From: Gemmatimonadota bacterium
GTDB taxonomy: Bacteria > Latescibacterota > UBA2968 > UBA8231
Direction: 5' to 3'
DNA: 64,000 nucleotides
NCBI GenBank assembly: GCA_038153405.1
Contig: JAYOYH010000001.1
Span: forward strand, 128,156 to 192,155
Positions 48,601-55,551 of the stretch are shown in pieces. The notes beneath the pieces were generated by a model that was given only the letters and a program-made list of their open reading frames with translations, was not told the origin of the DNA and searched no databases. Made by a program: the position numbers and the translations under genes. Each line of letters opens with the position of its first letter. The stretch's first letter is position 1.

Positions 48601-49723
48601 CGAAGAAATGGACCGCTCTTATATCCTTACGCAGCTCACGCTGGCCGAGATAGGGGCCAAGCGCGGCGATCATGCGGCCGTTATTGAGCGCGCCCGCACC
48701 GTAGCGGCCAGCCAACGGCAAATGACGTTCTTTCCCATCGATTACGAAGAGATCAACTACTCGGCAACCTTACTGCGCGCTCAGGCGCATCAGGCATTGG
48801 AGCAGTGGGATGACGCCATAGAGGCCTACCGCGTTGCGGCTTCGACGAACGCGTCCCAGCGCAGCGATGCGCTAGGTAGTCTGTACAATCTATATCGGCA
48901 ATTGGGGCAAATCGACGACGCGCGGGCGGCGCTCGAAGAGGCGTTGGCGATCCATCCCGAACACATCCAACATCTTTTCAATCTCGGCGTATTGGACCTA
49001 GAGGCGCGGCAGTTCGACGCGGCGCGCGCGCGCTTTGAAGAAGCCCTTGCACGACAGCCCGATTTTGCTCGCGCGTTGCTCAATTTGGGTTATATCGCCA
49101 AAGTGCAGGGTCGCTTGGATGATGCCGAATCGATCTACCGGCGCGCGATCTGCTGCGGCGGTGAGGGCATCGAAGCGCGTGCCAACCTCGCCCATCTCTA
49201 CGTAGAGATGGAACGCTTTGCCGATGCCGAACCGCTCTTTGCCCAAGTGCGTGCGCAGGAATCGGATCTGTTGGACATCGAGTTGGGGTATTTACTGGTG
49301 CTGGTGCACGCCCCAGAGCGAGACTGGCCGGTCTGCGTGCAGTTGCTGGATGGAATGGGCTCGCTGCTGGGCGATTGGTCCGTTGTCGAAGGCGATTTTT
49401 CCTCGCCAGAGCGCGCGGCCCCACGCGTGGGCGAACTCGGAGCGCTGCTGCTGCGCAATCAGATGAACAAGTGCGCCGAACTGGCGCTGTGTGCTGCCGT
49501 GCAGTTAAATGGCGGCCTATTGGATGTGCGCCGCCTGCTGGCCGAAGTGCTCTTTGTCGAAGGCCTGTACTGGAAGGCTGTGGCGCAGTTGGAGGTCGTA
49601 TTGACGGGCGAGCCAAACGACGAACAGAGCTTTCGCCGCCTGGGGGATTGCTACGCAAAACTAGGGGTTCACGAGGCGGCGCAGATGTGCTACGCGCGCG
49701 GCGGGGTAACTCATGAAGTATAG
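45602..49723 (+). CDS. Glycosyltransferase with three GT2 domains interspersed with TPRs
   Basis: Three LSxCxIxRDE...VVDTGSxD...WxDDFxxARN...DxD units starting near 45671, 46676 and 47825; GTG start at 45602. Confidence 0.9.
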   Translation: MSKKRKSAHRKKSKKGQHAPAPRLSICVIARDEARFLDACLASVEGLADEVIVVDTGSVDDSRETALRRGARVFDEVWQDDFSHARNRALREASGAWILVIDCDEVVARSDHARLRALLRDDAHGAYRMTTRNYSAGIQHEGWTACTGAYAEEKVYGGWFPSTKVRLWRHRPDVQFEGVVHELVEPSLLRAQVSIGDCHVPVHHYGYAEKERDRDHYVQAGERKVRENPSDMRARYELAIAYRNAGRQEDALASIDAAIAGMTAVDSRSRIYVQEDLVLLVRAEILTRMARFDDALVAYDRLLEHFPQSHQAYNNKGTLLERAGRMGDARLCYERAVAIAPDNRIARENVERLTRRYTLSACIIARDEAEHIARCIESACAVADQVVVVDTGSRDATVEIARSYGVTLGHFAWCDDFAAARNASLELATGDWILWLDADDYLLPADRERIIRAKSLTPDAGLYATLINEGGEENRFRQLKMFPNRPDIRFAQPVHENVLAALRGADLELRPTDIQVRHTPESDAGEIARKQAYYADIMRRWLRDHPDDWETHFRFGHVLYTRGQRESALAFFARVREAGEAVGVAALRLLSCSFAGRCLLEEGRYDEAREVLADALSLRSDDALSLLSMGDVSVKKGDYAEAERYVRAALAGWRDPHFSLDAKAFDYAAHFFLGQALSGQGRNEEAIRVFEEADRIAPARSEARQAIALLHQGIGQGDRGLYIRQAPEANAEPEPLYPDSKLSLCMIVRDEEKRLGRCLESVRGLVDQIIVVDTGSQDGTVELAQRFGAQVSHFSWCDDFAAARNASLQQASGDWVMWLDADDILPAECHDAIRRRVAGPRNKAYFFVLDDQGYENVSCLQMRLFPNRPGVQFEMPVHEQVAPSLTRLGVDMVQSGIRVMHTGYTTPEVVAAKKDRYLKIMERWLESHPEDYMERSHVALTYYSTGRLEEAEQAYRQIIEESSCYADCNWVVYTTALLFLGRTYMKMDRLDAALEYVHKAEEMDRSYILTQLTLAEIGAKRGDHAAVIERARTVAASQRQMTFFPIDYEEINYSATLLRAQAHQALEQWDDAIEAYRVAASTNASQRSDALGSLYNLYRQLGQIDDARAALEEALAIHPEHIQHLFNLGVLDLEARQFDAARARFEEALARQPDFARALLNLGYIAKVQGRLDDAESIYRRAICCGGEGIEARANLAHLYVEMERFADAEPLFAQVRAQESDLLDIELGYLLVLVHAPERDWPVCVQLLDGMGSLLGDWSVVEGDFSSPERAAPRVGELGALLLRNQMNKCAELALCAAVQLNGGLLDVRRLLAEVLFVEGLYWKAVAQLEVVLTGEPNDEQSFRRLGDCYAKLGVHEAAQMCYARGGVTHEV

Positions 49724-50489
49724 AGTGGTCTTTCGCGCGTGCGAGACCGTGGATGCCGTAAACCAATTGCCGCGCCCCTGGGGACTGGACAAGCGGCAAA
49801 CTATTTTACTGTCCTTTCGCTCGCTGTTGGCCAGTTTACAGGCGGCCGGCGTCGACTATGCGATGTATGTCGTCGAAGACGGTATCTCCGATGCAGTGCG
49901 CGGTGAACTCGAACGGAGCGCCGAGGCGATCTTTGCGACGGCCCAGTCCGGCGTGTGCGGTTCGCTGGCCAAGAGCTACGAGGTGGCCCTGGGCTTTGCC
50001 GATGACGACTGGGTCTACTTCTGTGAAGACGACTACTTACACCGCGCATGCTGCATGGAGTCGATAGATGAACTGCTGCGCGGTGCGCACACCTATTTAC
50101 AGCCCTATCAGCAGGGCCATCTCTACGTCCATCCGTGCGACTATCCCGACCGCTATATGCGCCCGGACCGCTATACGGGGCGCATAGACGATCGCTATAT
50201 GGTATTCTGCAGCGCTTTGTGCCACTGGCGCCAAGTGCCTAGCGCTACCTACACGTGGCTGACAAAGATTGGCACCCTGCGCGCGCAGTGGGCACTCTTC
50301 CGCGACAACCTCGATCACCACGCGCGCTTTGGCACCGGCGACCAGTATCTGGGAGAAGCGGTGTTCAAGCGCAGCAATGCCCTGTGCATTAGTCCCGTGC
50401 CGGGGCTGTCTACCCATTTGCATGAAGGGGTGATGAGTCCGCTGGTGGACTGGCGCGCCGAGGCGGCCCACTATCACGTCGTCGCTTAA
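49713..50489 (+). CDS. GT-A fold glycosyltransferase
   Basis: VVEDG, VYFCEDDYLH, DYPDRY and SPVPGLSTH motifs; coupled to the upstream GT. Confidence 0.7.
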   Translation: MKYRVVFRACETVDAVNQLPRPWGLDKRQTILLSFRSLLASLQAAGVDYAMYVVEDGISDAVRGELERSAEAIFATAQSGVCGSLAKSYEVALGFADDDWVYFCEDDYLHRACCMESIDELLRGAHTYLQPYQQGHLYVHPCDYPDRYMRPDRYTGRIDDRYMVFCSALCHWRQVPSATYTWLTKIGTLRAQWALFRDNLDHHARFGTGDQYLGEAVFKRSNALCISPVPGLSTHLHEGVMSPLVDWRAEAAHYHVVA

Positions 50490-50570
50490 GCCAACCCTCT
50501 CTTCGACATTGAGTTAGCTCGCATTTGTGCGATGGGATGCGGGGTAAATTCTTCCATAGCGTTTTCCACA

Positions 50571-50583
50571 GGACGTTATTTCC
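50571..50583 (+). promoter_or_regulatory. Candidate sigma54 activator binding site
   Basis: GGACGTTATTTCC ending 94 bp before the -24 GG; a related copy GGTAAATTCTTCC at 50543-50555. Confidence 0.5.
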
Positions 50584-50634
50584 GCGCTTATCGGGAGTGC
50601 TCGGCATGCCCGTTCGAGATCCCAAATTAAATAT

Positions 50635-50647
50635 AATCAATAGTTTA
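50635..50647 (+). promoter_or_regulatory. IHF-type binding site
   Basis: AATCAATAGTTTA matches WATCAANNNNTTR, with an AT-rich 5' flank, between the candidate enhancer and the sigma54 promoter. Confidence 0.65.
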
Positions 50648-50675
50648 TGTTTCAATAAAAAACTTGTAGGTTAGT

Positions 50676-50691
50676 TGGCATAGGCTTTGCT
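50676..50691 (+). promoter_or_regulatory. sigma54 promoter of flagellin 1
   Basis: TGGCATAGGCTTTGCT, 15/16 identical to the flgF promoter. Confidence 0.85.
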
Positions 50692-50747
50692 TAGATGAGT
50701 GCAGCAGCTCGGAAAACCCTTGCAAAGAGGGCGTGGGCTGTGAGAGG

Positions 50748-50791
50748 GTCTAGCTAAGGAAGGCCCAGACTGTCCGGCGACCAAGGAGGTT
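50748..50791 (+). promoter_or_regulatory. CsrA-type GGA hairpins in the flagellin 1 leader
   Basis: GTCT-A-GCT-AAGGAA-GGC-CC-AGAC, then the SD AAGGAGG. Confidence 0.6.
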
Positions 50792-50795
50792 TATT

Positions 50796-52232
50796 ATGCC
50801 GATTCGCCTCGGAACAAATATCGCATCACTCAATGCCCAACGGCAGCTGAATACCAACAGCTCCGAATTTACCAAGCGCGTCGAACGCCTGTCTTCCGGT
50901 TTGCGGATTAATAGAGGGGCCGACGATGCTGCGGGACTCTCTGTCTCGGAAGGTATGCGTTCGGAGATTCTGGGTATGCGCCAGGGCGTCCGCAATGCAG
51001 AGCAGGGCATTAGCCTAATCCAGCTGGCCGAAGGTTCGCTTAACGAAGTCAGCAATATGCTGCGGCGCATGCGCGAGCTGTCCGTGCAGTCGGCGAACTC
51101 TACTATTAACGACTCGAACCGCGAAAATCTTTCGGCTGAGTTTAACCAGCTCAGCGCCGAAATCGACCGCATCGCCCTTTCTACTACGTATAATGATCAA
51201 ATCCTGCTGACGGGATTTGGCAATACGGTGACTCAGAATAGCGAAGTATCGACCGCGCTGGACGGTTTTTCCGGCGTGCGCGAAGTGGGTATTTCCGGCG
51301 CGGTGCCAGGCACTTATACATTTGCCGATACGAGCGACGAAGACAATCAGATATCGCTATCGGTAACGTTGCCCGATGGCACCGAACTAAAGCAGTCGAT
51401 AGACGTCGGTGCGACGCTGGACCGCGACGCCGGCCAGAACTTGGTCGCTACCGGAACGACGTTTGTCGCCAACTTCGATCGCCTCGGCATGCAGATTACG
51501 CTGGTCGGCCCCAATGTAGACTTTATCGACACCTATAAGAGCTCAGTAGCAGACGGCGGCGACGGAGGAACGGTGGTCATCGGCAACGAAACGGTGACGA
51601 TTGACCCCGGTGAATCGCTAGAAGGCATTGCCACCAAGCTCAACGAAGCCCTCGGCGGCCTGACGCCTGCTGGCTGGGCTCGCTACAACGAGGAATTTGG
51701 CGAAATGCGCGTTTATAGCGCCGGCAATCAGATCCTCGACAACCCGGTGGGTCTGCTCGGCCTGAAAAACGCCAATTCATATATAGATGGTCGTCTCAAC
51801 GACAAGCAGATCGTCGTTTCTGAGGCTACCGGTGGCGTCCTGCAGGTCGGTCCAAACAACGAGGCGTCAAACCGGATCGCCCTGAATATCGGCGATATGC
51901 GCGCCAGCGGGGCCGAATTGAACCTAACGGGTATTTCCGTCTCCAACCTGGAGAGTTCTCGCTCGGCCATTTCGCGCATTGACAACGCTATTCTGGTAGT
52001 GACGCGCCAGCGAGGTGATCTCGGTGCCATTCAGAATCGCCTGCAGTTTACTACGGGTAACCTGGGCAACGCCATCGAGAACTTGACGGCGGCCGAATCG
52101 GCCATCCGCGATGCCGACGTGGCAGAGGAAATCTCACAATTTACGCGTAACCAGATTCTAACACAGGCTGCAACATCGATGATTACTCAGGCTAACTCAT
52201 TGCCACAGAATGCATTGCAGCTACTTCAGTAG
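50796..52232 (+). CDS. fliC: Flagellin 1 (478 aa, with an extra central insertion)
   Basis: RLSSGLRINRGADDAAGL, RMRELSVQ, RGDLGAIQNRL and IRDADVAEE motifs. Confidence 0.96.
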   Translation: MPIRLGTNIASLNAQRQLNTNSSEFTKRVERLSSGLRINRGADDAAGLSVSEGMRSEILGMRQGVRNAEQGISLIQLAEGSLNEVSNMLRRMRELSVQSANSTINDSNRENLSAEFNQLSAEIDRIALSTTYNDQILLTGFGNTVTQNSEVSTALDGFSGVREVGISGAVPGTYTFADTSDEDNQISLSVTLPDGTELKQSIDVGATLDRDAGQNLVATGTTFVANFDRLGMQITLVGPNVDFIDTYKSSVADGGDGGTVVIGNETVTIDPGESLEGIATKLNEALGGLTPAGWARYNEEFGEMRVYSAGNQILDNPVGLLGLKNANSYIDGRLNDKQIVVSEATGGVLQVGPNNEASNRIALNIGDMRASGAELNLTGISVSNLESSRSAISRIDNAILVVTRQRGDLGAIQNRLQFTTGNLGNAIENLTAAESAIRDADVAEEISQFTRNQILTQAATSMITQANSLPQNALQLLQ

Positions 52233-52246
52233 GGTGTAAAAAAAAT

Positions 52247-52273
52247 TAAAGCGCGCCTAATCGCAGTCGATAA
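52247..52273 (+). promoter_or_regulatory. sigma28 promoter of flagellin 2
   Basis: TAAA-N15-GTCGATAA with an upstream A-tract. Confidence 0.8.
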
Positions 52274-52318
52274 ATAGAGTAGTGTTAGGTTGTGTCAAAT
52301 GATATTAAGTAATATCAA

Positions 52319-52368
52319 CCGTAGAAAGGAATCTACGGAGTAGAGCCACCAGACAAGGAGGTTTTGGT
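52319..52368 (+). promoter_or_regulatory. CsrA-type GGA hairpins in the flagellin 2 leader
   Basis: Perfect CCGTAGA-AAGGAA-TCTACGG, then GAC-AAGGAG-GTT over the SD. Confidence 0.75.
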
Positions 52369-52369
52369 T

Positions 52370-53539
52370 ATGGCCCTTACGATGAATGTAAACAATAACA
52401 TAGCTGCTCTAAATACCCATCGACACATGGGTGCAAACAGCAAAGATCTAGGAACCCGTTTGGAGCGCCTATCGTCGGGTATGCGCATCAACAACGCCGA
52501 TGACGATGCGGCTGGTCTGTCGATCTCGGAAGGTTTCCGCGCGCAGATTACGGGTTTGAGCATGGGGGTTCGCAACGCCGAAATGGGTTCGAATTTAGTT
52601 CAGGTTGCCGAAGGTTCACTTGGCGAAGTGAGCTCGATGCTCATCCGCATGCGCGAGTTGGCGGTGCAATCGTCGACCAGCACGATGAATGACCGCAATC
52701 GCGAATCGATCGAAGCGGAAGTCAATCAGCTCAAACAGGAGATCGATCGGATCGCTCAGTCCACAGTATACAATGATCAGGCCCTGCTGACGGGGACGGG
52801 TTACCAGCCCGATCTGACTACGTCTACGGCAATCACGGATGCAGCAGACACCGGGGTCAAGAACATTACTACGTCCGGCACGCCCTCCGGCAACTATACG
52901 ATCGATGACCACGGCGATGGTACGATGACCATTGGCAACGGCACGGTGAGCCAGACTATTCGCTTTGCCACCCAGCTCGACGGCGATCAGGTTGCCACGG
53001 GCACGACGGCCGTTCTCAACTTCGATCGACTGGGTATACAGATTACGCTGGCCGGTCCGGAAGTAGAGGATGTGGATGGCAACTACGAGGTCGGCGACTT
53101 GGACGGCAAGACGGTTGATATATCGGGTGATAACAGTGGTTGGTCATTCCAGGTCGGTGCCGACGACACGAGCGAAGATCGCATCGATGTGGCCATAGAG
53201 GATATGCGCGCCAGCGGCTCGTACCTGAACCTGAATACCGTCTCGCTGGGCACGCAGGACAGTGCGCGCGAGTCGATTGCCAAACTCGATACCGCTATTC
53301 AACGCGTGGCACAGACGCGAGGCGATCTCGGTTCGGTGCTCAACCGCCTTGAACACACGATAAACTTTACGGACAACTCTATAGAAAACAACACCAACTC
53401 TGAGGCAACGCTGCGCGACGCAGACATGGCGATGGAGGTTACGCGCCTCACCCGTGTTCAGGTACTGAGCCAGGCGGCCAACGCCATGCTGGCCCAGGCT
53501 AATGCGACGCCGCAGGCGGCACTGGGTCTATTGCAGTAG
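52370..53539 (+). CDS. fliC: Flagellin 2
   Basis: ATG 52370 after AAGGAGG; RLSSGMRINNADDDAAGL and LRDADMAME motifs. Confidence 0.96.
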   Translation: MALTMNVNNNIAALNTHRHMGANSKDLGTRLERLSSGMRINNADDDAAGLSISEGFRAQITGLSMGVRNAEMGSNLVQVAEGSLGEVSSMLIRMRELAVQSSTSTMNDRNRESIEAEVNQLKQEIDRIAQSTVYNDQALLTGTGYQPDLTTSTAITDAADTGVKNITTSGTPSGNYTIDDHGDGTMTIGNGTVSQTIRFATQLDGDQVATGTTAVLNFDRLGIQITLAGPEVEDVDGNYEVGDLDGKTVDISGDNSGWSFQVGADDTSEDRIDVAIEDMRASGSYLNLNTVSLGTQDSARESIAKLDTAIQRVAQTRGDLGSVLNRLEHTINFTDNSIENNTNSEATLRDADMAMEVTRLTRVQVLSQAANAMLAQANATPQAALGLLQ

Positions 53540-53558
53540 GTTGGTCGAGTACTGCCTG

Positions 53559-53585
53559 TAAAGCTGAAGGCTTTGAGGCCGATAT
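53559..53585 (+). promoter_or_regulatory. sigma28 promoter directly after the flagellin 2 stop
   Basis: TAAA-N15-GCCGATAT. Confidence 0.7.
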
Positions 53586-53602
53586 ATATTTGAGAGCGAT
53601 TT

Positions 53603-53632
53603 AACTGGGGGACGAGGGCGTCCCTCAGTTTT
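53603..53632 (+). terminator. Hairpin with a short U-run: terminator of fliC2 and/or of a short sigma28 transcript
   Basis: AACTGGGGGACG-AGGG-CGTCCCTCAGTT followed by TT. Confidence 0.5.
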
Positions 53633-53659
53633 CGCCGTATAGGTATTGAGAGAAAAAAT

Positions 53660-53687
53660 TAAAGATTGCCATTTCGGATGCCGATAA
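53660..53687 (+). promoter_or_regulatory. sigma28 promoter of flagellin 3
   Basis: TAAAGATT...GCCGATAA (TAAA-N16) with an upstream A-tract. Confidence 0.75.
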
Positions 53688-53810
53688 ATCGCATAGATGT
53701 ATGTAACTCGGCATCTTAAAGAAGGAGGTGCGTAGCGCGTTTGGGTTCACGAGTTGTATTATTTGACGGATCGGGTACTAAAGCCCTGTTGGGGAACAGG
53801 GCTATAACAC

Positions 53811-53852
53811 ATGGCATGGATGCCGTTTAAGAGCTTGTTAAACAAGGAGGTT
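53811..53852 (+). promoter_or_regulatory. CsrA-type GGA hairpins in the flagellin 3 leader
   Basis: ATGGC-ATGGAT-GCCGT and AAC-AAGGAG-GTT (SD). Confidence 0.75.
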
Positions 53853-53859
53853 CGACTAA

Positions 53860-55014
53860 ATGCCACTTCGAGTAAATAACAATATTGCCGCCATCAATTC
53901 CAAGCGGCAATTAAACGCCAACAACCGCATGCTCGGACAGAAGCTGGAGCGATTAGCCTCTGGTTTGCGGGTTAACCGAGCTGCTGACGATGCCGCCGGT
54001 CTTTCCGTCCGCGAAGGTATGCGTGCGGAAATTTCGGGTTTGAAGGTGAACGTCAGCAACGCCGAACAGGCGACGAACCTCATCCAGGTGGCCGAAGGGT
54101 CACTTAATGAGGTCAACGCTATATTGGTGCGCATGCGCGAATTGGCGGTGCAGTCGTCTTCGAGCACGGTCACCGATCAGAACCGCGAGGCGATCCAGGC
54201 TGAGTTTTCGCAGCTGACGCAGGAAATCGATCGCATCGCCCAGGCGACCAGTTACAATAACCAGACGCTGTTGACTGGTTTTGGTAATAGGGTCGACGAA
54301 GGCGCTTCTACTGCGTTGGATGAAGCCAAGGGCGTCACGGATATTCGCGTGTCCGGCGCTGGCGCAGGCACTTATACGTTTGAAGATGCGGAGGACGGCG
54401 AATTGACGCTGGGCAACGGCAACGTTACCCAGACCATTCGCTTGGCTTCACAATTGGATGGCGATACGGTTGCCGATGGTTCAAAGATCATAGCTAACTT
54501 TGATCGCCTCGGCATTCAGGTAACCCTAGCTGGCGATGGGATAGCTGATAGTATCACGGCCTATACTGACGACGCGCTGAATGATGCTGAAATAGTGATA
54601 GAAGAAGCCACGGGCGGCTCGTTTCAGGTAGGGCCCACCGACAGTGCTTTCAATCGCATTGAAGTCAGCGTCGGCGATATGACTGCGACGGGGGATAAGC
54701 TCAATCTGGATGCGGCCTCGGTCGCCACCATTTCTTCGGCTCGCGAGTCGATAACGACGATTGATTTAGCGATCACTGAGGTTGCGGCCGAGCGTGGAAA
54801 CTTGGGTGCCTTTCAGAACCGTCTCTCATTCACCATTGCGTATACGGAGAACGAGATTGAGAATATTCAGGCTTCCGAAGCATCTATTAGCGATGCCGAC
54901 GTAGCATCGGAAGTAACGGAGTTCACGCGTGCGCAGATTCTCAGCCAGGCTTCTACGGCTATGTTGGCTCAGGCCAACGTAATCCCGCAGAATGCGCTGG
55001 CCCTACTGCAGTAA
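53860..55014 (+). CDS. fliC: Flagellin 3
   Basis: RLASGLRVNRAADDAAGL, RMRELAVQ and RGNLGAFQNRL motifs. Confidence 0.96.
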   Translation: MPLRVNNNIAAINSKRQLNANNRMLGQKLERLASGLRVNRAADDAAGLSVREGMRAEISGLKVNVSNAEQATNLIQVAEGSLNEVNAILVRMRELAVQSSSSTVTDQNREAIQAEFSQLTQEIDRIAQATSYNNQTLLTGFGNRVDEGASTALDEAKGVTDIRVSGAGAGTYTFEDAEDGELTLGNGNVTQTIRLASQLDGDTVADGSKIIANFDRLGIQVTLAGDGIADSITAYTDDALNDAEIVIEEATGGSFQVGPTDSAFNRIEVSVGDMTATGDKLNLDAASVATISSARESITTIDLAITEVAAERGNLGAFQNRLSFTIAYTENEIENIQASEASISDADVASEVTEFTRAQILSQASTAMLAQANVIPQNALALLQ

Positions 55015-55024
55015 CATTCTTGGG

Positions 55025-55067
55025 TATAGGGCGCGGTCGAGCACGCCGTTGCACGCCGCGCCCTGTA
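55025..55067 (+). terminator. Hairpin after flagellin 3
   Basis: TATAGGGCGCGG pairs with CCGCGCCCTGTA; weak U-tail. Confidence 0.45.
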
Positions 55068-55116
55068 TCTCAGGGCTTTATCAAGCATGGCATCCTCTCA
55101 GTGAGAGGTAAACATT

Positions 55117-55482
55117 ATGATTGACATCAATTCGGCGATTGACCATATAAGACAGACGGAAGTGCAACAAGCTTCTTCTGGTGCTTTGCCGGAAGCGAAT
55201 GCGAACGAAGAGGTTAAGGCCGATGGCGCCGCCCCCAAGGCGACGGGGCCCGAGCCCAATATCGAACGCACTCGCGCCCGAGTTGCAGAGTTGAGCAAGG
55301 CGATGGAAGAACTTGAAGGCAATTATTCGGTCTCTGTCGACGATGATACGGGTATGGTAGTCGTACGCATCACAGACACGGAAACCGGCGATATCATCAA
55401 GCAGGTTCCGCCGCAGCAGGTCTTGGATGCAGACGTCAGTTTAGATAGGATAATTGGTTTGTTGGTAAACGATCAAGCCTGA
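55117..55482 (+). CDS. flaG: Flagellar protein FlaG
   Basis: VDDDTGMVVVRITDTETGDIIKQVPP...GLLVN motif; lies between fliC and fliD. Confidence 0.9.
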   Translation: MIDINSAIDHIRQTEVQQASSGALPEANANEEVKADGAAPKATGPEPNIERTRARVAELSKAMEELEGNYSVSVDDDTGMVVVRITDTETGDIIKQVPPQQVLDADVSLDRIIGLLVNDQA

Positions 55483-55505
55483 AGTGCCGAGTGGCACTTC
55501 AGGCT
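55476..55505 (+). repeat. Perfect 13-bp inverted repeat between flaG and fliD
   Basis: AGCCTGAAGTGCC-GAGT-GGCACTTCAGGCT. Confidence 0.85.
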
Positions 55506-55551
55506 GCTGTACTAGCGGTGTCCCATATTTAGACCTGGATAGTGATTAGAG

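Noticed and set aside
53741..53830. TTG-initiated leader peptide in the fliC3 leader
   Set aside because: Weak start 12 nt from the AAGGAGG and no telling codon pattern; RNA structure explains the region better.
50796..55014. Lower-GC flagellin region as a horizontally acquired island
   Set aside because: No integrase, tRNA or flanking repeats; AT-rich promoters and high-expression codon usage explain it.
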